In this document: positions 37,711 through 47,997 of the stretch, piece after piece
Numbering within the stretch: position 1 is the first letter of the stretch
Layout of the letters: every line of letters starts with the position of its first letter
Notes under the pieces: model-generated
Told to the model about the DNA's origin: nothing
Databases searched by the model: none
Seen by the model: the letters and a program-made list of their open reading frames with translations, nothing else
Program-made: the position numbers and the translations under genes
IMG/VR virus record: IMGVR_UViG_2687453619_000001
Location: 1-64,000 of that record
Origin: a virus
Taxonomy: Duplodnaviria; Caudoviricetes
DNA length: 64,000 nucleotides
Reading direction: 5' to 3' (one strand)

Positions 37711-38101
37711 GCCGGAATTTGCTGCAAAAATTTTAGCCGGCGACAAGCGGTTCGAATTCCGTAAGTCGGCATTTGCAAACGTGTCAGCTAGTTGCATCGT
37801 GATTTATGCAACTAAGCCCGTAGGAAAATTGGTAGGTGAATTTGATGTTGAAAAAGTCTATGTAGATGCACCTGAGAAGATATGGGATCGCACTAAAAAA
37901 TTTGCCGGAATTGCGAAAGAGCGTTACGACGAGTATTACAGTGGTCGAAGTAAGGCCGTTGCTATTGCTGTTGGTGAAGTTAGGAAATACAAAGTTCCGC
38001 TGGATTTGGCGTCGATTGGGGAGCGAATTGTTCCCCCGCAATCATTCAGATATTTACCATCAGATGATTTGAGCGCCGAAAAGCAGCTCGTGCTGGTATG
38101 A
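37688..38101 (+). CDS. ASCH domain protein
   Basis: LLSIKPEFA.KI..GDKRFEFRK (GxKxxExR signature) and PPQSF.Y. Confidence 0.88.
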   Translation: MRILLSIKPEFAAKILAGDKRFEFRKSAFANVSASCIVIYATKPVGKLVGEFDVEKVYVDAPEKIWDRTKKFAGIAKERYDEYYSGRSKAVAIAVGEVRKYKVPLDLASIGERIVPPQSFRYLPSDDLSAEKQLVLV

Positions 38102-38119
38102 AAATTCAAAATTCTTGAG

Positions 38120-38653
38120 GTGGCCGTGAAAACGACTATTTTGAATAGGGAATACCTTTGGAGGAATCCTGAAGAAAGCCTATTGCTTCTTTCGGATACC
38201 AGAAAAATGTTGACTCGAATGTCAGATTTGTACCCGGATTTTAAAAAATGGTTCGATACTAAAGTTCGGGCGGGTGTCGACAATGGGAGTAGATCAATTA
38301 TTCTCGCCCATGCAAACGGTGTTTTAGCAGGTGTAGCAATTGTTAAGGATACAAAATTTGAGCAAAAACTCTGCTGCCTAAGGGTTGTAGAGGATTTTAA
38401 TGGGTCTGGCCTCGGACTCAAGCTATTTGAGAAAGCTTTCGATGTATTGAAAAACGAAAACCCGTTGCTTTCCGTATCGGAGGAGCATTATGAGACTTTT
38501 GCGAAAATATTTCGTCACTATGGCTTCGAATTTGGTAAGGCCTACGACGAATTGTATCGGCCTAAGAAAATTGAACTTAGTTTTAATGGTCTCTTGGTTC
38601 CCGAAAATACATTACTTGAGAAGGCCACTGAGACAATTGATTGTTCGCTTTAA
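38120..38653 (+). CDS. GNAT acetyltransferase
   Basis: KLCCLRV..DFNGSGLG..L acetyl-CoA motif and YGF; N-terminal LYPDFKKWF..K resembles the upstream GNAT. Confidence 0.8.
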   Translation: MAVKTTILNREYLWRNPEESLLLLSDTRKMLTRMSDLYPDFKKWFDTKVRAGVDNGSRSIILAHANGVLAGVAIVKDTKFEQKLCCLRVVEDFNGSGLGLKLFEKAFDVLKNENPLLSVSEEHYETFAKIFRHYGFEFGKAYDELYRPKKIELSFNGLLVPENTLLEKATETIDCSL

Positions 38654-39868
38654 AAGTGTTTGAAAGAGCGCTTTTTTGCGAAACCAATCAAAAATATTTC
38701 CCGAAAAAATCAACAAAATAGCGATCAAGAGAATCAACAAAATAAGAAAAACGTTGTTAGTGTCGTCTCCACCCCAAGATCCAAAGAAATGTCCGCTTTT
38801 GAATTTTATGATTTCCCAGGCGCCGTTGCCAGCCATCCCAAAAACGAGACCTAGTCCAATAAATCGAAATATTTGTGAAGTGCTTGAGCTTGTACGAGAA
38901 AATCGTCCAAGCGCAACTAAATCCTTTACATGTCCTGCTTCGTTCCCGCCGCCTTTTATGGCTTTAGTCCACTGATAACCTAAGTAATTTCTAACTGAGC
39001 CATCAGTTGTTATTGGTGCGTTTACATTGCTTCTTACGTATTCATTCCACACATCTTCATCCATTAGTGAGCGGCAGCCGACAAAATTTTGCCCCTCGAA
39101 TATGCACTCTTGGGAGCGATTTATGGTCAGAAAAAAATGGATTTTCTTAAACTTTGGAAAATGTGTATTCGAATCCCCCGCAAGAAGCTCGTCGGGAATA
39201 CCTCTTCGCACGTTGATCCGGAAGTCGATGATTCGAGTCTCAATGAATGAACTTAATATATTTCTATCTGGCTGACAAAATGTCGCTTGATAGATGGCAT
39301 GTGGGACGTTTTTTATCCGAAACCGTAGGTAAATTTTGGAGGATATTGATGCATATCCAGACAGCGCTGTGTCAGATAAATTTATTCGTAAAATTGTCAT
39401 CTCTCCCTCCCCGGTGAGTCTCGGAAAAACGGAGAAATGAGTAGAGTTTAAACGGAGCAATACGAATTCTGTTTTTTGTTCGGTCGAACTTTTCTTCGTC
39501 TGCTGATCATTGTCTTTTAGAAATGAGACGCTTGCAAAAGGTTCGTCGGCGCTTCCATCGTACCTGACAGCTTCATTAAATATTGCGGCGATACTTTTTT
39601 CGCTGTTGAGCCGTGTGCCAAGATCCATTATCGCTTCAGCGCCTAATTTCCATGGGAGTACGACCTCGATGGCATTGACCTCGGCGCGGTTCGAAATCAA
39701 GATGCCTATGTCAATAAATGGCCGGCTCCCGACTTCCCATAAATTTACGTGAAGCTCATCAGCAGCAGCGTCAACGGGAGTTGACGTTGAAACGTCGCCT
39801 TCGTTCGTCTGTCTTGCAACATATCTGACGATTATTCCGGAAAAAGGATGCACCGCGTACCCCCCCAC
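38612..39868 (-). CDS. hypothetical protein with C-terminal transmembrane helices
   Basis: 418-aa ORF; soluble, probably beta-rich N-terminal part, then IFRFIGLGLVFGMAG and VFLILLILLIAILLIF. Confidence 0.75.
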   Translation of the reverse strand: MGGYAVHPFSGIIVRYVARQTNEGDVSTSTPVDAAADELHVNLWEVGSRPFIDIGILISNRAEVNAIEVVLPWKLGAEAIMDLGTRLNSEKSIAAIFNEAVRYDGSADEPFASVSFLKDNDQQTKKSSTEQKTEFVLLRLNSTHFSVFPRLTGEGEMTILRINLSDTALSGYASISSKIYLRFRIKNVPHAIYQATFCQPDRNILSSFIETRIIDFRINVRRGIPDELLAGDSNTHFPKFKKIHFFLTINRSQECIFEGQNFVGCRSLMDEDVWNEYVRSNVNAPITTDGSVRNYLGYQWTKAIKGGGNEAGHVKDLVALGRFSRTSSSTSQIFRFIGLGLVFGMAGNGAWEIIKFKSGHFFGSWGGDDTNNVFLILLILLIAILLIFSGNIFDWFRKKALFQTLLKRTINCLSGLLK

Positions 39869-39970
39869 TTAGTTATTGATTTTCAGCAAGCATAACACTT
39901 GAGGTAACTAAATTAGTGCTGAGTAATGATTTTCAATGTTTAGAGAGTAGCAATGAAAAGATGGGAGGCT

Positions 39971-40504
39971 TTAATTTGGTAACTCGTCAAAAAAACTGTC
40001 CATGACCTTTGTGAACGAAATTTCAGTGGGCGCAAAAAGCACTTCAAGACGAATGTTTAAAGCTCTGCAGACTAATTCGGCTTGTTTTTTTTCTGCCGCG
40101 CTAAATGTGGCGATATTTTCTACCAAAAAATTTGCATCACGGTCCCCCAATCTCTTCTGCACGATCTCCGGACTATCTTCCAATAAGACAATTCCATTAA
40201 GATTCAGCGCGGAAAAAATTTCAGGATCAATTGGCTGCAGCTTCCCCTCAAAATCTTTGAGGACAAAGTGGCCATCAAGTAGAAGTTCTCTTCCAGACGC
40301 ATGAATTTTTTCTACGGCCTTGATTAATGCGGTCTGATTTTTATCTATGTCTCCTACCAATTTGTTTTTGGTCCAATTTGCAACAAGAAGCTCCTCGCGG
40401 ATGAGTGTACTTGCAGTTGCATGAATGATATTTTTGCCTGCAACGTATTTATCGCTGAGGTATGTTTTACCGACACCATGAACACCCGCAACAAATATGA
40501 CCAT
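39971..40504 (-). CDS. P-loop nucleotide kinase (AAA_17 / archaeal adenylate-kinase-like)
   Basis: IFVAGVHGVGKT Walker A, LLLDGHF, and lid arginines RL..RD. Confidence 0.85.
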   Translation of the reverse strand: MVIFVAGVHGVGKTYLSDKYVAGKNIIHATASTLIREELLVANWTKNKLVGDIDKNQTALIKAVEKIHASGRELLLDGHFVLKDFEGKLQPIDPEIFSALNLNGIVLLEDSPEIVQKRLGDRDANFLVENIATFSAAEKKQAELVCRALNIRLEVLFAPTEISFTKVMDSFFDELPN

Positions 40505-40732
40505 TTTATTTTTTCCTTGTTAGAAAGCCGCATTTCAAGAAAGGTAATGACGAAATTTTTCACCTGTTGCAAGTATTTTACACAGATATCAATTGCGGCA
40601 TTTTTACCGTATTTGCTTTTAAAGTGTGGCTTCATTTCGCGCAACAGCGATGATCCGACCCCCGTAGTGCGCGCCTCACAACCTGATGTATGGTGCGCAG
40701 TTCGATCGGTTTGAGCGCAATCGCGGTAAAAA

Positions 40733-40942
40733 TTAGCGCCCAGCACGGCGAAGCGCTGCTTTTTCCTTGTCGTAGTCATCGCGGCAATCCATATTGCAAA
40801 ACAGAAGCGCCGGCGCGATCTGCTCGTCGCAAAAATGGCAGCGACCGTCACTTTCCAACATTTGCTGCTTTCTGACATGTGCCATGGCGTTATGCACGTC
40901 TTTCTCAATGCGCCAGATGGCGCGGTCTGCGATGTCGCTCAT
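40733..40942 (-). CDS. small TraR/DksA-like C4 zinc-finger protein (copy 2)
   Basis: near-identical to 904-1116. Confidence 0.7.
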   Translation of the reverse strand: MSDIADRAIWRIEKDVHNAMAHVRKQQMLESDGRCHFCDEQIAPALLFCNMDCRDDYDKEKAALRRAGR

Positions 40943-42003
40943 TGCTTGTTTCCCTCTCCTGTCAATAATTCGTATTTTTCAAATTTCACGACCTCGATGC
41001 CTAGCCAATCGTTGAGCGCCATGAACTGAGATTGCAGCGGCACCAGCTCGTTGCGGGCAAATACCCGGGCGGCCGGTTCAATCGCGCCGAACCCGCCGGT
41101 ATTGTTCGGCATGATTCCCATCAGCTGAGGCGGCACGCGATGGCCGGCCAGCACGTCGTCGCGGGTGACTCCCTTGATGTTGAAAAACTCATCCTTCGCC
41201 GCCACGTCTGATACCGGCAGGATCTGGATCCCGTCTTTCTTCCCGTTCGGCGCGTACATGAACAGATTGCGGAAATTGCCCGGCCCTTTGCTGTCGCGCA
41301 TGGCCTGCCGCAAGTTGTCGACGTCTTTCACGTTGGCGGCCGGATCGGTCATGTAGAACACGAAGCCGGCGTGTGAGCCGTTCTTGTAATACTTGCGCCG
41401 GAACAGGGTGGCTGCCTCATTCAACCAGGCCGATTGCAGGGCGGAGAGGTATTGCGGCACGCCGTACACCTCCTGGTTCAGATCCGGATCCATCAAATGA
41501 AAAACGGATCCCTTGTCGAAGGTATATTCCTGCTGCCATCCCGCCACAAAATAGTAGGTATCCAGATCCTTGCCGCGCCGCATGTACTTCGCCAGGGAGT
41601 GCTTTAGCTGTAGGGGTTGGCGGCTAAGGCTGGCGCGCTTCTCCAGATAGCCATTGCCGAAGGTCAGGAAATCCAGCACGAAGCGTTTAAACGTATCCCG
41701 CGACAGGTACTTGTGCGGGATGAATGTCGAGGTCAGGATGTTGGTTTTAAAATAAATGGCGCTGCTGTGGTGGACGCTGGCGTGAAACGATTTCGCGAGA
41801 CCCGCCAGGCTGACCGGCGGCTCGTACCACTTGCCGTTGAGCCAGCACTCAAAACAGTCCAGCACCTCGCTGTGATCGAGAACCGGTGTCGGGTCGCCAA
41901 AGCTAAACGCCTCCATACCGCCGCCGGCGCGGGGTACGTCTGCCAGCGGCGCCGGCGGTGTCTCGGCATGCTGCGCGGCGCGCCGATGCTGCTTTCTGCT
42001 CAT
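40939..42003 (-). CDS. portal protein gpQ (copy 2)
   Basis: near-identical to 1113-2177. Confidence 0.95.
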   Translation of the reverse strand: MSRKQHRRAAQHAETPPAPLADVPRAGGGMEAFSFGDPTPVLDHSEVLDCFECWLNGKWYEPPVSLAGLAKSFHASVHHSSAIYFKTNILTSTFIPHKYLSRDTFKRFVLDFLTFGNGYLEKRASLSRQPLQLKHSLAKYMRRGKDLDTYYFVAGWQQEYTFDKGSVFHLMDPDLNQEVYGVPQYLSALQSAWLNEAATLFRRKYYKNGSHAGFVFYMTDPAANVKDVDNLRQAMRDSKGPGNFRNLFMYAPNGKKDGIQILPVSDVAAKDEFFNIKGVTRDDVLAGHRVPPQLMGIMPNNTGGFGAIEPAARVFARNELVPLQSQFMALNDWLGIEVVKFEKYELLTGEGNKQ

Positions 42004-43787
42004 GATGTATATAGCTCCATAAAGGATTGGGTGTTCTCGTTGGCGCCCTCGAATGGTTCGTGATCGAGTGCGTGCATGCAGGCCCACGCCAGGTCGGCAT
42101 GGCCGGTTTCATCGGTACGGCCGGCGTCATAGGTGACTTGCCGCCCGCTCGTGGTGAGGGTTTTGCGGATGGTCATGAAGGACTGCGCAATGTCGGTCCA
42201 GCCGGCGTCGAATTCCAGCCGCGCCTTGTTGACGATGTTTTGCGCCTTCAGCACCATCCGGGTTTTGACTTCCGGCGAGTAGTTGATCGCCGTCGCCAGC
42301 GGGAAGAACTGTTTCACCAGGGGGTACACGCCGACGCCCATGCCGGTGGTGTCGATGCCGATATAGGCGACGTTGTAGCGGGTCGTCATCTCCTTGATCG
42401 CCTTGGCCTGCGCCTCGAAGTCGATGCCGCGCCACTGGAAGCGCTCCAGGATGCGGAATTTGCCGCCGGCGACCAGGGGCGGGGCGATCACCACGCAGCC
42501 AGCGCTGTCGCCGGTCAATGAGGGGTCGTAGCCGATCCAGACCGGCCGGTCACCGAAGGGGCGGCTGGCGAACGGCTTATAGTCGTCCCAACTGACCCAG
42601 GAATCGATCATGCAGCGCTGCAAGGCCATCAACGGGAACACGGATTGCGTGTCGTCGATGAAGTTGCACATCAGCAGATTTTCAAACTGGTCCGGGCTGT
42701 ACTCGAAATTGCGCAGCTCATCGATGTCGAACAGATTGCAACCGCCGCGCTCGGCGTCGAGGATGGTGACGATCTGGCGCCACATCTTGTCCTCACCTGT
42801 AAAGCCGCTGGACAGCTTCAAATGGCTGATATCGATGTCGACCTGGTCAGCCTTCGCCCGGCGCTTGTTGAACAGTTCGCCGGTCCAGAACGGATACGCC
42901 TGGTGCGTGATCGAGGAGGGCGTCGAAAAGTAGGTCTTGCGCCACTGCTTATGCAGCGCCATGCCTGACGCGACCTTGTTAAGCTCCTGGAAGTTGTGGG
43001 TCCAGAAAAACTCGTCAAAGTAGAAATTGCCGTGATAGCCCTGGGCGGTGCGCGCATTGGTCCCAAGGAAATACAAGTGGGCGCCGTTCGGCAGCACAAT
43101 CGGGTCGCCGGCCAGCTCGATGCCGGCGGCCTCCTTGGCGAACTGGATGATGTACTGCTTAAAAACGTGTGCTTGCGCCTTGGACGCTGACAGGAAGATC
43201 TGATTGCGGCCGGTTTGCATCGCGTCGGCCAGCGCCTCCCGGGCAAAGTACCAGGTCGCACCGATCTGGCGCGATTTTAAGATCACCCGGGTTCTTTGGT
43301 CGCCGTTGCGATGCCATACCTTCTGGTAATCGAACAGGGAGTCCCTGAATGCCTCCAGTAGCTTGTCTTTCTGCTCCTCGCTGAAATCGTTCCTTGTCGG
43401 CTTCTTCTTTGGTTCGGCGTTACGGTTCGCCAGCTTCGGGTTCAGGTCGACTTCGTTGCCACCCGGCGCCTCATAGCGGCGCACCCGGGCAGTCTGCACC
43501 ACCTGGCGCATCAAGAGGTCTATTTCCTTGAAATCGCCGCCGGTCTTGGCGTCCTTGGTGATCAGCTGCACCAGGCGCGATTCCAGCGTGGCTTCGATCT
43601 TCTCCAGCGGAGTGGCTTTGTCCCATTCGTCGCGCTGTTTCCAGCTCTCGATGGTCGTGCGCTTCTGCAGCAGGTGTTTGGCAATGGAGGTGACGCGCCA
43701 GCCTTGCCAGTACAGGTGCTTGGCAATGCGGCGCGGATCCACTTCGGGTTCTATTTCGGCAGGGTGTTCTTCGATCAATTCAGACAT
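42000..43787 (-). CDS. terminase ATPase gpP (copy 2)
   Basis: near-identical to 2174-3961. Confidence 0.95.
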   Translation of the reverse strand: MSELIEEHPAEIEPEVDPRRIAKHLYWQGWRVTSIAKHLLQKRTTIESWKQRDEWDKATPLEKIEATLESRLVQLITKDAKTGGDFKEIDLLMRQVVQTARVRRYEAPGGNEVDLNPKLANRNAEPKKKPTRNDFSEEQKDKLLEAFRDSLFDYQKVWHRNGDQRTRVILKSRQIGATWYFAREALADAMQTGRNQIFLSASKAQAHVFKQYIIQFAKEAAGIELAGDPIVLPNGAHLYFLGTNARTAQGYHGNFYFDEFFWTHNFQELNKVASGMALHKQWRKTYFSTPSSITHQAYPFWTGELFNKRRAKADQVDIDISHLKLSSGFTGEDKMWRQIVTILDAERGGCNLFDIDELRNFEYSPDQFENLLMCNFIDDTQSVFPLMALQRCMIDSWVSWDDYKPFASRPFGDRPVWIGYDPSLTGDSAGCVVIAPPLVAGGKFRILERFQWRGIDFEAQAKAIKEMTTRYNVAYIGIDTTGMGVGVYPLVKQFFPLATAINYSPEVKTRMVLKAQNIVNKARLEFDAGWTDIAQSFMTIRKTLTTSGRQVTYDAGRTDETGHADLAWACMHALDHEPFEGANENTQSFMELYTS

Positions 43788-43826
43788 GCCGCAAGCGTAT
43801 GCGTCGCGCGCGTGTAGCGGGGAAAG

Positions 43827-43859
43827 CAGAGGGTTGATATACGGCTTATCAACCCTCTG
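43827..43859. promoter_or_regulatory. P/O late-promoter dyad (copy 2)
   Basis: identical to 4001-4033. Confidence 0.6.
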
Positions 43860-43928
43860 TTTGTTGTCGCATCCCGCGCCAAGGCCGACCATGGAGTCCT
43901 TATCCAGCACTCACACCGAGCCGACACC

Positions 43929-44780
43929 ATGTCAACAGCCAAACCGACTGCATCAACCAAATCAAAATTCTTCCGTGTCGCCGTCGAAGGCGCCACGACT
44001 GACGGCCGCGTGATCGACCGCTCTTTCATTGAGCAGATGGCCGCGACCTTCAATCAGCAACTCTACGGCGCCCGCGTCTGGTTGGAGCATCTGCGCAGCA
44101 CCTTGCCGGATGGCCCCTTTAAAGCCTATGGCGATGTGCTGGCGGTGAAAGCGGAAGAGGTCATTCTCAACGGCGTCAAGAAGCTGGCCCTGTTTGCACA
44201 GATCTCGCCGACACCGGAGCTGGTGGCGATGAACAAGGCCCGCCAGAAGATCTACACCAGCATCGAGATCAATCCTAAATTTGCTGATACCGGCGAAGCC
44301 TACCTGGTCGGCCTGGCCGTGACCGACAGCCCGGCCAGCCTCGGCACCGAAATGCTGGCGTTCGCGGCACAGCATCCCGATGTCAACCCACTCGCCAGCC
44401 GCAAGCAAGATCCCGACAACCTGTTCACAGCGGCGGTGGAAACCGCACTGGAATTTGAAGACACCCCAACCGAACCCGAAGGAATCAAATTGTCCGACAC
44501 CGTCAAAGCCATCCTGAAGCGCTTTACCAATAAAACCGCCAAAGACCAGCTCCAGTTCGCCGATATCACCGAGGCCGTGTCCGAGCTGGCAACGCATGTC
44601 AGTGAGAGCGCTGAGCAGTATGCCGCTGCAGTGACGCGCATCGAAACGCTGGAAACGGCGCTGAAAGAGTCCAACGACGCTTTTGCCGCCTTCAAGCAGC
44701 AGGTTGACGGCACTGACGCCAACCCGACGCAGCGTCCGACAGCATCGGGCGGCGCCGGCGCGTTGCAAACCGATTTCTAA
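43929..44780 (+). CDS. capsid scaffold gpO (copy 2)
   Basis: paralog of 4103-4954. Confidence 0.95.
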   Translation: MSTAKPTASTKSKFFRVAVEGATTDGRVIDRSFIEQMAATFNQQLYGARVWLEHLRSTLPDGPFKAYGDVLAVKAEEVILNGVKKLALFAQISPTPELVAMNKARQKIYTSIEINPKFADTGEAYLVGLAVTDSPASLGTEMLAFAAQHPDVNPLASRKQDPDNLFTAAVETALEFEDTPTEPEGIKLSDTVKAILKRFTNKTAKDQLQFADITEAVSELATHVSESAEQYAAAVTRIETLETALKESNDAFAAFKQQVDGTDANPTQRPTASGGAGALQTDF

Positions 44781-44840
44781 GCGACGCAGCCGGCCGCCAT
44801 ATTCCAACTTTGAACCCATACCCGACAGGAGCATGACCAC

Positions 44841-45845
44841 ATGAGAAAAAACACCCGAATCGCCTATAACCAGTACGCGCAGCGCGTAGCGCAACTGAAT
44901 GACGCCAGCAACGTTGTCGAGACGTTCAGTGTGGATCCCAGCATTCAGCAGAAGCTGGAAACCCGCATGCAGGAGTCCAGCGAATTCCTGGGCAAGATCA
45001 ATATCATAGGCGTGACCGAGCAAGAAGGCGAGAAGCTGGGTCTCGGCATTTCCGGCCCGACTGCCAGCCGCACCAATACCGACAAAGGCGACCGAAAGAC
45101 CCGCGACCTGTCCACCCTGGATAACCAGCGCTACCGCTGCGAAAAAACGAACTTCGATACGCATATCGGCTACGCCAAGCTCGATGCCTGGGCGAAATTT
45201 CCCGACTTCCAGCAACGCATTGCCAACAACATCCTGCAGCGCCAGGCGCTGGACCGGATGATGATCGGTTTTAACGGCACCACCATTGCCGCCGACACCG
45301 ACCTGGTGAAATATCCGATGCTGCAGGATGTCAATAAGGGCTGGCTGCAGCACTACCGCGAACAAGCGCCCCAGCGCGTGCTGCACGAAGGTAAGACCCC
45401 CGGCAAGGTGGTCGTCGGCGCCGGCGGCGACTATGCCAACCTGGACGCCGTGGTGTACGACGCCATCACCTTGCTGGATCCTTGGTATCAACAAGACAGC
45501 GGCTTGGTCGCCATCGTCGGCCGTGGCCTGTTGCATGACAAGTATTTCCCCCTGGTGAACACCAAGCAGGCGCCGACCGAAACCCTGGCAGCCGACATCG
45601 TCATCAGCCAGAAGAGAATCGGCGGCCTGCAGGCGGCCACCGTACCGTATTTCCCGGAACACGCCATCCTGATTACCCGCTTCGACAACCTGTCGATCTA
45701 CTGGCAAGAGGGCGGCCGCAGGCGCCGGGTGGAAGATGTTCCCAAGCGTGACCGTATCGAAAACTACGAATCGTCCAATGATTCCTATGTGATCGAAGAT
45801 CTCGGCCTGGGCGCTTTTGTCGAAAATCTTGAGCTGGTGGCCTGA
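44841..45845 (+). CDS. major capsid gpN (copy 2)
   Basis: paralog of 5015-6019. Confidence 0.95.
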   Translation: MRKNTRIAYNQYAQRVAQLNDASNVVETFSVDPSIQQKLETRMQESSEFLGKINIIGVTEQEGEKLGLGISGPTASRTNTDKGDRKTRDLSTLDNQRYRCEKTNFDTHIGYAKLDAWAKFPDFQQRIANNILQRQALDRMMIGFNGTTIAADTDLVKYPMLQDVNKGWLQHYREQAPQRVLHEGKTPGKVVVGAGGDYANLDAVVYDAITLLDPWYQQDSGLVAIVGRGLLHDKYFPLVNTKQAPTETLAADIVISQKRIGGLQAATVPYFPEHAILITRFDNLSIYWQEGGRRRRVEDVPKRDRIENYESSNDSYVIEDLGLGAFVENLELVA

Positions 45846-45846
45846 G

Positions 45847-46563
45847 ATGCGTGAACTGTCTCCCGCCCAGCGGCACCGGGTTCGCGTACTGGCCGAGCGC
45901 GATGCCGCCAGCGCCGAACCCGGCGGCCCAACTTCCGGCTCTCAGTACGAGCTGCAGTTGTACCAGTTGGCCGAGGACCGGCGCCGCCTGAAAAACATCC
46001 AGTCGATCAAGAGCAAGATCGCACTGAAGGCGCAGTTGCTGCCGAAGTATCAGATCTGGGTCGACGGCGTGCTGGCGGCGGGGAAGGGCGGCCAGGACGA
46101 TGTACTGACGACCATCCTGGTCTGGTCTATCGATGCCGGCGACTATGAGCGTGCCGTGCAGATCGCCAGCTATGCCGTGACGCACAAGATGACATTGCCG
46201 GATCAGTACAACCGCGACATTCCGACCGTGCTGCTGGACGAGTTCTCTGAGGCGTTCCTGCACGGGAAGCTGGCCGAGGATCCGGCACTGGCGGTCAGGG
46301 TGCTGGCCCAGATCGAGCATCTGACTAAAGACAGCGACGTGCCGGACCAGGCCCGCGCCAAGCTGCACAAGGCGCTGGGCTATGCGTTGCTGGTACAGGC
46401 CAATGACGGCGACGATAAGCGAGATCTGGCCGGTCTGTCTCTGGAATACGCCCAGGCAGCCTATGGCAGCCTGACCCGCGCCTTGGAGTTGTTTCAAGGC
46501 GTGGGCGTCAAGAAAGATATTGAAACCCTTGAACGTCGCTTGAAGAAAGCGACACAAGGCTAA
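45847..46563 (+). CDS. terminase endonuclease gpM (copy 2)
   Basis: paralog of 6021-6737. Confidence 0.92.
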   Translation: MRELSPAQRHRVRVLAERDAASAEPGGPTSGSQYELQLYQLAEDRRRLKNIQSIKSKIALKAQLLPKYQIWVDGVLAAGKGGQDDVLTTILVWSIDAGDYERAVQIASYAVTHKMTLPDQYNRDIPTVLLDEFSEAFLHGKLAEDPALAVRVLAQIEHLTKDSDVPDQARAKLHKALGYALLVQANDGDDKRDLAGLSLEYAQAAYGSLTRALELFQGVGVKKDIETLERRLKKATQG

Positions 46564-46661
46564 ACGAGCACCCCCTGGCGCACGGCGGCGCGGGTCGATT
46601 ACCGATGCCTGGCATGTAGGTATGACGCCCGCCCACCGCCGTTTTTTTGGAAGTTACCCCT

Positions 46662-47156
46662 ATGAGCTTTCTTGCTGTCGAGCCTTCGACACCCTCAACA
46701 CCACCACCGCCGCCTGCTTCTCCCATTGTCGAAAACGATGGCTTCTATGTGGATATCCACTTGCCGCAGATGCGCGACGCGGTGCGCCTGGACGGCACCG
46801 TCACCGACGTGCGCCTGCGGGAGGCCGTGATCGCAGCCATCTTGCACGTCAATGACGAGCTGCGGGACTGGAAGCTGCTGCAGATTGCTGCCGGCTACGC
46901 GTCGCTGGCGGCCGTGCCGGCGGACCGCATCGACCGCGAGAGCGTGCTAATTTCCCTCTATCGCCGCGCCGTCTACTGCAGCGCCAAAGCCGATCTGATC
47001 GAGCGCTACCGCGATTACGACAGCACGGCATCGTCGCTGTCCGATAAAAAGATGATGGAGGCGCTGGACAACGCACCAGGCGACCAGCGGCGCAATGCCC
47101 ATTGGGCCATTGCGGACATCATTGGCCGCTCTCACTTGACCGTTGAGCTGATCTGA
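46662..47156 (+). CDS. head completion gpL (copy 2)
   Basis: paralog of 6836-7330. Confidence 0.9.
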   Translation: MSFLAVEPSTPSTPPPPPASPIVENDGFYVDIHLPQMRDAVRLDGTVTDVRLREAVIAAILHVNDELRDWKLLQIAAGYASLAAVPADRIDRESVLISLYRRAVYCSAKADLIERYRDYDSTASSLSDKKMMEALDNAPGDQRRNAHWAIADIIGRSHLTVELI

Positions 47157-47365
47157 TGGAGGTACGTGCTCAACAACATGACACGTTGGATCTGCTGTGC
47201 TGGCGTCACCTGGGCGCGACCGCCAATGTAGTCGAGGCAGCACTAGAACTGAATCCCGGCTTGGCCGACTACGGGCCGATCCTGCCGCACGGCCTCCTGG
47301 TCACCTTGCCCGAACCAACAGCTACCCCCACTAAAACCGCCCAGGTCGTCAACCTCTGGGACTAA
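47156..47365 (+). CDS. tail protein X (copy 2)
   Basis: paralog of 7330-7539. Confidence 0.92.
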   Translation: MEVRAQQHDTLDLLCWRHLGATANVVEAALELNPGLADYGPILPHGLLVTLPEPTATPTKTAQVVNLWD

Positions 47366-47381
47366 CCGCGAGATTCTCACT

Positions 47382-47738
47382 ATGGCAGAACCCAGCACCA
47401 CCACCCTGGTCGTCACCAGTGCCGCCGGCATCGGCCTGTCAACGCTGTTCCCTGGCATTGACGGTAATGCGCTGATCGGCGCGTTCGCCGGCGCCACGCT
47501 GGTGGCGATCTCCAGCAAGAACCTGCCGGCCCTGCAACGCCTGGCGTATATGGTCATTTCCCTTGCCATCGGCTACCTGGCCGCGCCCGAGGCCATCAAC
47601 AATACGCCGTTGAAGCAATCGGGTGTCGCCGCCTTCTTCGCGTCGGCGGCGGCCATTGCCCTGACGCTGCACGGCATCGATCTGATTAAAACCATTGAGC
47701 TGCCGGCCTGGCTGCGCAAGGGCGGTGACCATGACTAA
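47382..47738 (+). CDS. putative holin (copy 2)
   Basis: paralog of 7556-7912. Confidence 0.75.
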   Translation: MAEPSTTTLVVTSAAGIGLSTLFPGIDGNALIGAFAGATLVAISSKNLPALQRLAYMVISLAIGYLAAPEAINNTPLKQSGVAAFFASAAAIALTLHGIDLIKTIELPAWLRKGGDHD

Positions 47739-47997
47739 ATATCTGACCGTCCTGGCGTTGCTCTGTTACGCCAGCACCTGCCTGCGACTGCTGTGCTATC
47801 GGCGCGGCCTGGCGAATCACCGCTTGCATATCTCCCTGGTGGCCTGGTTTCTGATTGTCGCCACCGGCACTTCCGCCCTGGAGATCCTGCTGGGCCACGG
47901 TCATCCCTCTTTCGGGCAGGCCGCCATCGCTTTGACTTTATGTGTCCTGGTGCATCGCGCCCAGGGTAACGTCGCCAACATCATCAGAGGTATGTAA
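47731..47997 (+). CDS. putative holin / membrane protein (copy 2)
   Basis: paralog of 7905-8174. Confidence 0.7.
   Translation: MTKYLTVLALLCYASTCLRLLCYRRGLANHRLHISLVAWFLIVATGTSALEILLGHGHPSFGQAAIALTLCVLVHRAQGNVANIIRGM

Noticed and set aside
43962-45707. 581-aa antisense ORF across O-N; also 4136-4771, 4844-5881 and 5847-6731
   Set aside because: Shadow frames of GC-rich genes; broken in the sibling prophage and without recognisable motifs.
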